From Basidiobolus meristosporus CBS 931.73 (lineage: Eukaryota; Fungi; Basidiobolomycota), in assembly GCA_002104905.1 (NCBI GenBank), contig MCFE01000119.1, forward strand, positions 62,001-126,000: a stretch of 64,000 nucleotides of DNA, read 5' to 3'. A program made the position numbers and the translations under genes. This document shows positions 12,385 to 25,158 of the stretch, piece by piece. The notes under the pieces are model-generated. The model was not told the DNA's origin. It searched no databases and saw only the letters and a list, made by a program, of their open reading frames with translations. Each line of letters opens with the position of its first letter. Within the stretch, counting starts at the first letter, position 1.

Positions 12385-14486
12385 GAATCTGATGGTAGTC
12401 TTGCTGGAATTTGGGCCTAAATCACCATCCAACCTAGATAGCTACCTGTATCCATTGCTAAATGAATTTCATATACTTTCCTGCAGGATAACAGTAAATG
12501 GCCATCATGTAAAAGTGTATGTTATCATCTGCATTGGAAACACCCCTGCCATCAGCAAGATAGACAGCTTTTTTGGACACAATGGATGGTATTGCTATCA
12601 AATGTGTGAGATCCAGAGGACTTAGTCATTAACTCACACATATTATTATTACTCAAACATCAACACTAAAAACATCTTTTCCACAGAGAGAACATACAGA
12701 AGACAGCATGCCATTGTGGCAAAGTTGGCAAGCTATAAGCCATTGGCCAGAATATTGGATTAATTGGAAACTAGAGATATTTATGATGCAGGGTATCTGT
12801 TGGAGCAAAAACTTTTCTTTGCAAGCAATGCAATTGCTTTCAACTATATTCCTAAACTGTTGACCAAGCTGTTTATGGGGCATTTCAAGTTAAATCAGCC
12901 CTTAGAGATACTGGTGAAGTTTGAAAGAATTGACAAGATATTATGGAGTGTCTGCTACCCCAAGTGCTTTTCACAGACTGCAACTAACATTCATATGCAT
13001 ATGCAACAATACAAGTGCAAGGGCTGGATGAGCTGGATATGTATCTATTCAATTGGCCTTCTGAAGCCACTTCTTCCAAGAGTATATTGGAGCTATTGGG
13101 AGTCACATGTGGGCATTATAGGAATATTTATCCCGGGGGCAGATCACAAATGCTAAGTTGACACATTTTGATTTTGTGCAAAGAGTTTGTACCTGGGTTT
13201 GAGTAGCTATATGCCAAAGATAAAGCTGAATGTATATATCTCTGCCACTGCTGCATCCATTTGCTATTCCATCTTGCTTGGTGTACTGAGAATATTGGAC
13301 TTTGCTCCACCTTTTGGGAGTTTCCCAAGGAGTAGATGTGTGGGGAGATAGGAAGATGAGGCCTGTTACAGGTACTACCATATCCCAATTTCACCAAGAA
13401 TATTACCTTCAGGTCTGTCATGGATGTGATGAATTGGCACATGATGTACAACCTGGAAGTGTTGGAAAATACTGAGGACAGATGTGTGCATGGAGGCATC
13501 TATACCTATGGCATTAAGATGCTAGGCAGCCGCAATGCATGGGTAATTAGTTACGTAATACAAAGTTGGGTTGGCTGCAATAAGTAACTAATTTTTATTA
13601 GAAAACCTGTATCAAGATATGCCAAGTTTCTCTTTGTCAGAAGCCAATTTCTGCACCATTCAGTATAGAGTTCACACAAATAAGAGCCAAAATGCACCTT
13701 TGAGGGGAACTAGAATCTAGCAGGGAGAAGAAATATATCAGCTAAATACAAAAGAGTTCTCTGCAGATATTCAGGAGGTATTCATGGCAGAAGTAGTGGC
13801 ATCCAAGCATATGTTTGCAAGATGTATATGTGACCAGCAATACAAACTATATAGTAACTTTGCAAGTAACACACTAAAAAGCTATAAAGTTGAGGTAATA
13901 GAAGTATGTCAATTGCAACAGGTGTGCGCATTTGTAGAGGCAAGTTAGCAGGAGGCCATAGTACTTTTTGATTCAAACTATATGTGGAATACCCAAGGTA
14001 GTAGTGGGTGAGCAAACTAAAAGGGGTGATTCTAGAATGGAATTTATGAATTGCAAAAGGGGAGGTAGAAAAAGGAAATACCTTTTGGTGAATTTGTACA
14101 GTGGCATTTTATAGAACTAGCTGTAGGCAGCCATACTGCCATGATAATGCCATCAAAGACTTACAAAGAAGCCATCAAACCACTATTGAGTTTTTGCCAC
14201 ATAAGGCAATTGGATATACTGGTAAGTTAGATCTACTCTGGTAGTTGTAAAGTCCACTGAGACTGCAACAATGCCATGCTACCCTTGGCAAAAACCATAT
14301 CAACACTGTTATATTTTATCAACTTTATTTTGCTGTAAGCTAGTAAAACATTGTTGTGATCCCCTCACAAGATTGTGTAGATGGTTATTGATCCCAAACT
14401 GCTGGTATTAGAGCAGTCTCCTGATGGAATCTTAATGGCTGATTTGGATTGGATTCACCCATGGTACCTAATTACTTTCCATAGGG

Positions 14487-17447
14487 TTCCCTTGTTGTCC
14501 ACTAGTTGGTAAGTAGTAAATGGGCATTCTCCAGTGATCTTGAATAGTCCTGTCCATTGTGGCTCAAACTTCCTCTGAGTGTTGTAGCTCAGCAATACAA
14601 AGTTCCAAACTGTCAGTGCTTCTGGTGATATAGTCCTATCAAATTTCTGCTTCATTCTTTTGCACTTTGAGGTACTTTAGCCTGTGCCCCTTGATGTTTT
14701 GTTCCAGTTGCTGGTGTATAATTGGCTGATGGAATTCATCTTGTAAAATGTCTGTAAGCTTTGGTTGTGTGAGATTTACGGAATCCTTGGTTCACATGCA
14801 TACACTATGAAAAATGGCAATCATTAGGTAGTGTTGCACACTTTAACTCTGCAGGCAAAAAGTGCTTGGTCAATATACTCAGCTCATCTACTGACAGCTC
14901 CTTTTGCATGCTTTTTTAGCATTATTCCAATTAATCCATTCAACCACTCAGTGACTCAATTAGTTTTAGGGTTATATACCAAGGTTTTGAGTGTTTTCTC
15001 TGCTGCATTTCTAGGTAGGTCTCCAATGTCTTTGCCATAAAGTATGCACCTCTATCAGATAAGATTTACAGAGAGTATCCAAACTCCATAATGATCTCTT
15101 GGTAGATCAGACTTGCAACTTCTTGTTCACTGGCTGCAGCTACAGCACTAGCAACTGGCATTTTGGTGGCATGGTCAATTGCTACTAGGTTCTAATGGTT
15201 GCATTTCATGGTGGTTGGCAGTCTTCCAATAAGTCATTTCCCTATCTCTCAAGTCCTACAAGCTTCAAGGAAAAGATCTCACCAATTCTGTGTAGTGGGA
15301 CTTAGCTGATATGGCAGTTTGGGCAGGTTTCCCTGGCTTCTCAATATCTTGTTTCATTTTAGGCCCATATATATGCTCTGCCTCTCATATGGCTATAAGT
15401 TCCATCAATTCCAAGATGTCCTTATCCATTGTGTCTTGATAAGGTATCAGCAACTCTGGTGTTTTTCCCAGGGCAATAGACAATCTCCTACTCAAATCAA
15501 TGAAGGTGCTTGCTCCATCTTGACATTCTTCTGGATAGTACCTTCTGAGTAAATATATACTTGAGTGAGGTGCAAACAATCTTCACTGTGCACTTGACTC
15601 CGTCAGTTTAGAATTTCCAGGTCTTCAAGCAGTGTTTTATGGCAAGCATTTCCTTCTCATGCACTGGATATTTGTGTTCTGCTGAGTTCAGTTTATTGGA
15701 TTCAAAAGCACCTGAGTAGCTCTTCTCCCATATGTTCTTGGCTCAGCACTCCACTAATTGCATAATCTGAGGCATAAGTGCACAGAGTAAACTCTGTTAT
15801 GAAGTATGGTAGCTTTAAGCTTGGCAGCTTGGCAAGTACATTCTTAAGCATCTGAAAGGCAGTTTCACTAGCTATATACCACATCAAGGTGTTGTCTTTC
15901 TTCAGGTTATCAGTTGAAGGGGCTTTAGTACTTGGAAACGACTTGACAAATCTTCAATAGTAGGAAACCATTGCAAGGAATGATCTGAGATCCAATATGC
16001 TATCAGGCTGTTTCAGATTCTTCATGACTTCAACCTTCTAGGGGTCTAAGGTCACTCCTGTGCCAGTCACTATGTGTCAAAGGTATTCAAAGTGTTCTTT
16101 CAGGAGCTCACACTTATATGTCATCTAGGTAAATTACCACAAATATATTTAAGTACTCATGGAAGACAGTTTGCATCAAGGTTATGAATGTTGCAGGGGC
16201 ACTGGTGAGGCCAAGTTCATGACTAACTACATGCAATGTCCATATCTGGTCTTGAGTGCTGTCTTAGGGATGTCTTCTGGTTTCACCCTAATCTAGTTGT
16301 ATCCTCACATGAGGTCAAACTTGCTGTATATGACAGCTTGATTGAGTTGGTCCAAGACTCATCAATCCAAGGTATGGGGTTCTTGTTCTTCACAATAACT
16401 GTGCTGAGGGCTCTGTAGCCAATGCACATCCTATGTTTTCCATCCTTCTTTTTCACAAAAGGTGCAGGTGCTCTCCAAGGTGACTTGCTGGGGCTGATAT
16501 ATCCTTGCTCCAGTAGCTGATCTATTTGTCTCTCCATCTCTTCCAACTCCCATGGACTCACTCTGTAAGGTGCCTTACCCACTAAAGAGCTATCTCCTGT
16601 TTCAATGGCATGATCCACATCTCTGACTGGTGGTAGGCTTACAAGCTCTTCTGGAAACATGTCTGAATACAACTTCAAAAGTGTCTGGACCTTCTGGGGA
16701 ACTAGATTAGAGGACTCCTCCTGTAATACTACCATGAGGAACATCTGGGTGCCTTTTCTTAGTGCTCTAGAGAACCGTGTCTTGCTAAGTTCATTTGTTT
16801 CACACACACTGGAATTGACCAAGTTGAAATCCAGTCTGGCAGGTAATAGCTCATAGGTCTTGTTGTCCTTCTGGATCTGAGTAGCATGGGTTCTCTAGTT
16901 GATTGAAGGATTACCACAAAATAGCCGGGTTCTCCCAAGTACAAGGTCAAACTTGCAGTTCCCAAGTATATAGGCCTGTAGATCTTCTTCATAGTCATTG
17001 ATCTTGATCCTTACTGGCTGAGTAATACGGTTGATTATGCAACAGTTCCCATCAGCTGCCAAGCCTGATGTTGATTTGGTGGGTTCCAAGTTGATTCCAG
17101 CTTTCAAAGCAAATTGCTCTGACATGTACTCATGCAATGCTCCTAAGTCAATCATGAACATGGCAGGTACTCCATTGATTACTCTATTCAAGTCTAGTAG
17201 CTTTCCTGAGTTTGAGGTCATCTGGATTAGGTATTCTTCTGTCATATGGAAGGTAAGTTCTGAGTCTTTTTCAAGCTCAACCTCCATGTTACTATGCTCC
17301 ATGGCCTCAATATGGTTGAAGGTTCTTGATGGCTGGTGTCCATTTTTTCTCTGAGGGCAGTGCTTTGCAATATGTCCCTGCTGGTGGCAATCGAAGCAAA
17401 GTTGTTCCTTCCTACATTCTTCTGAGGTAGGATTGTTCTGCATATAA
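14487..17447 (-). pseudogene. Ty3/Gypsy (Tf1/chromovirus-like) gag-pol remnant: zinc knuckle, PR, RT, RNase H, IN
   Basis: [55 protein letters not shown] and FEPQWTGLFKI; many stops. Confidence 0.9.
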
Positions 17448-18429
17448 ATCCAGACATGAGGTCAATCTTGCTGTATTTGATGGCTTCATTGAGCTTGTCT
17501 AAAAGCTCATCAATTTAAGGTATAAGGTACCTATTCTTCATAGTATCAGAGTTAAGGGCTCTATAGTCAGTGCACATTCTAAGTAATCCATCCTTTTGTT
17601 TCACAAAAAGCACTGGTGCTAACCTAAGCAGCTTGCTAGGTCTGATATATCCTTGCTATAGTAACTGATCTATTTGTCTCTATGTCTCTGCCAATTGTAA
17701 TGGACTCATTCTGTAGGTGTCATGCTCACTGGATAGCTATCTCCTGCATCAGCAGCATGATCCACATATCCAATTAGTGGTAGGCATACTATCTCATCTG
17801 GAAACACATCTGACTATTTCCTCAACAGGGTATAGAACTTCTAGGTACTGGAGTAGAGGAATCATCCTGTAATACCACCATGAGAAACATATGGGTACTT
17901 TTCTGGCTGCCATACAGAAATGTGTCATGTTAAGCCCACTTGCTTCACACACACTGAAATTGTCCAAGCTGAACCCAGTTTAGCAGGTAAGACCACATAG
18001 TTCTGGTTGCCCTTTGGATCTGGGTGGCGTAAGTGCTCTGGTTGATTGACCCTATGGAAAATTATTGAGATGATCCCATCAAAAGGCTGTCACAAAGTTA
18101 ATGTCCCATGACTGAAAGGTACTGTTCTTGTCAGGACTCTGTGCAGAGACCGTTGAAAAATAATTGCACCCCATATTTCACAAAAAACTTTGTCAAAATT
18201 TTTCATCACAACAATATACAAGTGGCTTTTGATTGATTCCCTGCCAATTTGCTCACTTTCTGATCCCAGACACTATATTGCCTCCTACTTTTGTGTGAAT
18301 TGATTGGCTATTGCCTCTTTTTCACACTCCTTACTTCCTGACTCACCCGTTTCTCTTACTTTTCATGCGTACAAATTGATTTATTTCTGTTGTAACTTCA
18401 GTTGTACCTCAATTGCCAATTGTATTGAC

Positions 18430-20445
18430 TTACAAGTCTCTATACCCTACACTAACATTAAGCCCAATCCCACACTGAACAAGTAACTCCATTAAAATCC
18501 ACCACTCAATAAGTATTTCTGCTGTAATGCTCTGGTTCCATGACTTTGGCGGGAACCCCATGGCTATATTCCACTGTTCATTCATTGGTTCCCATACGTC
18601 CTGGTCTTCAGTCAGCACTGCAAGGTCTAGCTCCTCATCTGCCAGTCTTTGCAATAAGTCCTTGCAATATTCCAGTGCATTTCTTAAGCACTGCTCTTGA
18701 AGAAGTACTGCAACCTCTTGGTGTGCCTATTAATGTTCCAAAACTCCACTGAAGGCATTGTGATAGTCTTTTGAGCTCTTGGCATTGTAGCCTTGTCTGT
18801 CAGTGGGATCTCAACTCTGTCAACAATGGAGGCTGTGGAGGCTGTGGTAGACAAATTGCCTTTTTCAGCAAACTCATCTACCTTGCTGGAGTGTAGCTCA
18901 ACTGGCTGTGCTTCCAACTCATGTGAAAACAGCTGTTTTCTTGTTGGTAATTCTTCTTGGCTATGATGGGATTCAGTCCATTCCTGGCTTGCGGCGTTAA
19001 TTGGCAAGAACTGCAGTTTTTTTTGCATGCCTCCCTGTCTCAGGCTTGGGTAGACATTTTCCCTTTACCTTTTCCTTTATCACTGCCAGGTCTTTCACTG
19101 CTACTATGTCTGAGTGCTTCCTGTAAAGAACTACATTTTCTCCTGGATAAATTTTGCTCTGATGCATCTGTTTTGGCCTGCTTGTCCCTAGCTGGCACTC
19201 TTCTGGCAACCTGACGTTTCTTTTCAGCTTGTTTTGAGCTCTCAATCATAGTTGTGATGGGCTCCTGTAAAAGCGGCTGGGTTTTATCACTGCCAGGTCC
19301 TTCACTGCTACTTTGACTGGGTGCTACATGCATGGTACTACACTTTTTCCTTGATAAATGTTGTGCTGGTGCATCCATGTCTGCCTGCTTGTCCTTAATT
19401 GGCACTCTTCCAGTTGCCTGACGTCTCTTTGACGCTTGTCTGGAGCTTTTGGCCCTGCTTGTAACAGGCGCTTGAGGAAGCCGCTGGTTTTCAGCCATGG
19501 CACTCTTGTTCTTCTGCCTTTGATAGTTTATGCTATTCTTAAGATACTTTCTTGGCATACCAATGCTGGCCCAAAACCCATTTGCCCGTTTGAATCCAGG
19601 ATAATGCTCATGGAACAAGTCAAGTGCATTCTGCTTGGCCATGAGTTCCTGATGGTCCCATGTTATGCTGGCCTTAAGGTGATGGCATGCTAGACTTCTG
19701 ATGGCCTCTTCAATATTAGCCCACTCTTCATTATTGCACTCAATGGCTTCATGAATCTTCAATGTCTTTTGATTTTTAGGCTTTGGTATAAACACCACAT
19801 TGTCTCCCTCCCATGCTGTGATAGGTTTTTCTGTGGGCTTTATCTTTGGGCACTGTTGTTGTGCTTCAAAGACTGTATGGTGTTCCTCTGCTGTTGCATT
19901 GGGAAATGGCTCAATTCTTGGATGTGACATTGAGCTACTTGAGTTCCTTATTTGCAGCAAAGATACTGCCTTCTCTACCTGGGGTATTGATTGCTCTACA
20001 CATATTATCCGCTCATCCTGTTTCTGACTACTTCCTGATTTCTCTGGGCCATTGCATCTATCATATCAGCCACTGCACCTAATTGCTTCATTAATGCTTT
20101 AGTATGAGCTGACAACATACTTGCTAATATGGGTGGTGTTGATGTTATCATGGCCACTTGCTGATCTTCAACAGAGGGTACCACGTTTGCTACATTCTCA
20201 TCTGCCTGAGCATAACGGTCAGCTTGTTGCTCCACAGAGGTTCTCAACTGCCTACTTGACTGAGAGCCTGAGGAGTCCACATTATTACCTTCAATGGGCA
20301 CACTGTCCACAGGGCCTTTTTTGGGTGTAGCCCTGCTTGTTGCACTGAATGTCAAAGCAAGCTGTTGTCCAACCGTTCTTCTGTTGCCGTCAGTGGTGGG
20401 GTTTGGTTGAGAACCAGACAACTTTGCCTCATTTTTTGGCGGCAT
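18430..20445 (-). pseudogene. CMC element partner gene (ORF X), about 650 aa if frames are joined; function unknown
   Basis: Four consecutive minus-strand ORFs (20005-20445, 19040-19960, 18684-19028, 18430-18654). Homologous segments occur at 9340-9630, 32935-33290, 36330-36700 and 38270-38710. Confidence 0.7.
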
Positions 20446-20667
20446 ATATATGGGAGTGAGTCAAACCAAAGGGGAAATAGTGTTACATATACTTGTGTAT
20501 GTGGTGCCACAACTTTATTTATAATGCTTACTATGGCGGGTCATCATTGAATCTTGCATTCATGTAGGTGCAATGTCTCAAATACAAGAGTGTTTTAAGA
20601 TCACATGAGTATTGACCAAAAAGTGATATAATAGCATTACATTGTTGAAGGTCAAACTGCTTGCCCC

Positions 20668-23355
20668 ATGGCCAAGACTACTTTGACTCAACACCATAAG
20701 AGAAGAGAAAAAAGACCATGTGGCTATTGTGGCAAACCTCTCAGCCATGAAGCATGCAGACAGCATAGGAAGTATTACAAGGATCATGGCCAGTGTTTTG
20801 CCACTCAAGTCATATTTGACCATTCATTGGTCACTACTATACCAACATTATCTTTCTGGCCAGTTGATACTTCTATATCAGCACCTGGCTGTCTTTGTCA
20901 CCTTGCGCAAACTGAGTCAGGTGAGTTTGCAACACCTTTAGGCTTACCTCAGCCTTCTGAATATGGCATGCAGAGTGATAGCTCTGACAAAGAAGGTTCA
21001 CTGATGGATTTTGAGCCTATCTCCCCTAACAAGAGTACCACATATGAGTCCAGTCAAATCCCTATATGCAATGAGACAACACCAGTTGAGACAAATGCCA
21101 AGGATACTTTATGGAGCCAAGTGAGCCCAGTAATCCATCTACTGGTGAATGATGTGATGTTGTGGCTAGAGAAGTGGCACATTTCCACTAATATCAGTAA
21201 TGAGGGCTTTGAGGATTTATTACTACTTGCCAAAATCATACTGGGATGCAACCTACAATGTACATGGTACAAGTGGACAACCGTCATGCGGCTGGCAACA
21301 TATGATCCAGAGACTGTCCTGATTCCAGCATGTATTAACAGTTGCATGGCATTCACATCCAAAAATGCTACCATTCAACATGTCCAAATTGTGAGGAATC
21401 CACCACCATTGAGGGAAAACATTGTTCACACTCTGAATATATTCCGGTCATACCCCATCTGAGGAAGCTGATGCAGTCCAACAAATATTGCAAAGTTATA
21501 CAGTACCGCACTCAGTATCAATCAAGTGCAAACATATCCAATATATTTGATGGCAAACATTACAAACAGCTCAGAAGCAAGGGCTACTTTGAAGGTATGC
21601 ATGACCATGCCTTTGCTTTAGCACTGGATGGATTCTCATTAGACAAGTACTCTACCAGCAAATCCTGCTGGCCACTGATTCTCATCAATCTGAATCTGCT
21701 GCCCATCTTACAGTATCAGAGCAATAATCTGTTGGTAGTCTTACTGGTATCTGGGCCTAAATCACCGTCCAACCTGGGTAGCTACTTGTATCCATTGCTG
21801 AATGATTTTTATATGCATTCCAGCAGGATAATGGTAAATGGCCGTCATGTAAAAGCGCATATTAGTATCTGCATTGGAGATACCCCAGCCATCAGCAAGA
21901 TAGCAGGTTTTTCTGGGCACAATGGACAGTATTGCTGTCAAATGTGTGAGATTCAGGGGATTTACTCCATAACTCACACACATTATTATTACCCAAACAC
22001 CAGCACTAAGAACATCATCTTTCCACAGAGAGAACATACAGAAGTAAGCATGCAATTGCAGCAAAGTTGGCAAGCTATAAGCCATTGGACAGAATATGGA
22101 ATCAATTGGAACCTGGAGATACTTAAGATAGAGGGTGTCTGTTGGAGCAAAAGCTTTCCACTGGGAGCAATGCATTTGCTTTTCAACAACATCCCTATAC
22201 TGATGACCAAGTTGTACATGGGGCATTTCAAGCCAAATGAGCCCTTCAAGATACTGGAGAAATTTGAAAAAATTGGCAAGATATTACAGAGTATCCGCTA
22301 CCGCAAGTACTTCTCACGGGCTCCAATCAATACTCATATGCATATGCAACAATACAAATGCAAAGACTGGATGAACTGGATATCTAGTTATTCAAGTAGT
22401 GTTCTGAAGCCATTTCTACCAAGAGTACATTGGAAGCATTGGGAGTCATATGTGGACATTGTAGGAATATTTATCCAGATGCGGATCACCAATGCCAACT
22501 TGACCCATCTACAGCTGTTGTGTGAGGAGTTTGTGATGGGATTTGAGCGGCTATACTACAAACATAAAGCTGAACATGTAGATCTCTGCCACTACTGTAT
22601 CCATTCTCTACTCCATTTTTGCATGGTGTGTGGAGAATATTGGGCCTTGCTTCACCTTTTGGGATTTTCCTATAGAGCAGATGTGTGGGGAGATAGGAAG
22701 TCAAGTCAAGTTGCAGGTACTACCATATCCCAATTTCATCACAAATATTAACTTGAAGTCTGTCATGGATGTGATGAGTTGGCACATGGAGGACAGCCAG
22801 AAAGAGGTGGAAAATACTGAGGACATATGTGCACATGGAGACACCAATGCCTATGGCATTAAAAAGCTAAGCAGACCCAATGCGTGGGTAATCAGTTAAG
22901 TAATGCAAAGTTGGGTTGGGTGCAACAAGCAACTAATATTTATCAGGAAAACTCCACAAGATATGCCGGATTTCTCATGGTCACAAGCCAACTTCTACAC
23001 CATTCAATGCAGAATTCACACAAACAAAAGCCAGAGCGCACCTATAAGTGGGACTAGAATCCAGCAGGGAGGAGGAATATATTGGCTAAATACCAAGAGG
23101 TTCTTTGCCAATATTCAGGAGATATTCATGGCAGAAGTGGCAATAACTAAGCATATATTTGCAAGATGTTTATGCTACCAGCAGTACAAGGTATATGGCA
23201 ACTTTGCAAGTATTACACTAAAAAGCTGTCAAGTTGAGGTGATAGAAGTATGTCAATTGCGGCAGGTGTGCGTGTTTGTAGAGGTTAGCAAGCAGGAGGC
23301 CATAGTTTTTTTTGATTCACACTATATGTGGAATACCCAAGGTAATACTGGGTAA
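20668..23355 (+). pseudogene. EnSpm/CACTA-type transposase (Transposase_21/DUF4218-like), about 895 aa reconstructed
   Basis: FDGKHYKQL, ALDGF, CWPLILINLNL, IGDTPAISK, LGAMHLLF, CIHSLLH and GPCFTFWDFPIEQMCG motifs. Frameshifts near 21375 and 22620; a stop at 22897 reads TAC in copy 1. Confidence 0.9.
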
Positions 23356-25158
23356 GCAAATAAAGAAAGGTGATTCTACAGTGGAATATATGAATTGCAC
23401 AAGGGGAGGTAGAAAAAGGAAATACCATTTGGTAAATTGGTACGGTAGCATTATACAGAACCAGCAGCAGGCTGTCATACTGCCAAGAAAAAGCCATCAG
23501 AGTCTTGCTGTGAGGCCGTCAAAATACCGTCAAGTTTCTTGCCATATAAGGCAATTGGAAGTCCTGGCCAACTGGATCCACTTAAAATAGTAATAAAGCT
23601 CTGAAAGTCTGCAACAATAACATGCAAATATTGTCACAGCACCAATCAAAAGTTGTCAAGTTTTATCTCTTTATTTGGCTGTAAAATTTGCAAAACATTG
23701 TCATGATCTTGTTATAAGATTGTCAGGAGGGTCACTAATTCTAGGCTGCTGTTATTATGACTGTCTCTGAGCAGGATCTTGATGGATGATCCAGATTGGA
23801 TCCACCTGCGGGACCAAATTATTTTTCATAGGGTGATGGACTACAGCAGAATATCCATGTTATCCCAAGTACAAGTTTAAGTTACCAGCTCCCAAATATA
23901 TAGGCCTGTAGGTTTTTTTTGTTGTCATTTATCTTCATTCTTACTGGCTGAGTAATGCAGCTGATTATGTAGTGTTCCCATCAGTGTTGAGACTGAAGAT
24001 GATCTGGTGAGCTCTAAGTTGATTCCAGCTTTCATGACGTATTGCTCTGACATGTACTTGTGTAATGCTCCTGAGCATTCATAATCTTGGCAGGTTCTGC
24101 ATTTAATACTCCATTCAAGCATAATAGATTTTGAGAGTTTGAGGTTATTTGGGAAAAGTATTCTTCAGTCATATCAGAGGTGAGTTCAGTGTGTACTTCT
24201 GGTTCAACCTCAATGTTACTATGCTTAAGAGCTTAAATATGGATGAATGTTCTTGTTGACTGGTGTCCATTTCTTCTCTGAGGGAATTATTCTGCAATAC
24301 ATCCTTGCTGGTTGTAATTAAAGCAAACTCCTTTCTTCCTATATTCTTCTGAGGTGGAATTCTCCACATAACAGCTATTTCCATTGGCACTGCTTCTGAA
24401 TGTCTTCTTTCATAATGATTTTAACCTCTCTGATTAGTCATGGTGAGCTTTGCAGCTCCAAACATAGCTGAGTCACAGTCAATGGCAATCTTGATGGCAT
24501 CTTGAATAGTCTGAGGTCTTTGATTATTCACTTCCTTCAAATTCTTTCTTTCAACCCATGAAAAAAATAATCAACTTGCTTCAGAGAGTCCATCCTTTCA
24601 GTTTGCCCAAGTAGACATCTATGTTCACAGATGTATTCTTCAACCATTCCTTTCTATCTGAGTGTCTTCAGCTTCCCACCTGGTGGTGTCTGCCGGTGTA
24701 GGGGTTCAAAAGAATCCTGAATTTTCAACACAACCTCATCCCAGGTAGAGATTGTGGAGTACTCAATCATGATGGCTACTGAATCTTGTTGTGGTATCAC
24801 TGTAAAGCTAAATCTGCTAGTACAAAGCTGCATAATGAAACTTGCTTTCTGGGGCAAATCCTTTGGCGTTAAGAATACTTCAATGTGAAAGTACCAAGTT
24901 TGCAGATTTTCACTGACTCTACCACATTACCTGTTAACCTTCACACTTAATGTGCTCCTGACAATATTGTACTAGCTCTGGCCCATGTTAATCACTTCTG
25001 GTTGCTGCTGGCTGAGGATGTGGAGTAAATGGTGCTGTTGGGCAAGGATTTGCTATATAGCGTTCTTCCATTCTGCACTTTTGGACATCCTGAGGGGGGC
25101 TTCTTTTTTCTTCAGGAGGGCAGCTTCTGGTCATTACTGCTACCAATGCTTCAAGTCC

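Larger units (their letters stand above)
9340..14486 (+). mobile_element. CMC/EnSpm DNA transposon, degenerate copy 1 (left end missing)
   Basis: Colinear homology to 20170-23833: partner-gene N-terminus, intergenic region and transposase remnants. Right TIR AATTACTTTCCATAGGG ends at 14486, followed by Gypsy integrase. Interrupted by two LTR insertions. Confidence 0.85.
18050..23833. mobile_element. Full-length CMC/EnSpm (CACTA-superfamily) DNA transposon, 5784 bp
   Basis: Left end CCCTATGGAAAATTATT; right end reverse complement CCCTATGAAAAATAATT; TGA TSD at 18047-18049 and 23834-23836; subterminal TGTCA/TTGTCA motifs at both ends; two divergent genes. Confidence 0.92.

Noticed and set aside
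14200-23900. Apparent Gypsy-CACTA chimera, since two transposase copies both abut Gypsy pol without an LTR
   Set aside because: The shared sequence is the subterminal region and TIR of the DNA transposon. The CCCTA TIRs and TGA TSD show ordinary insertions at different Gypsy positions.
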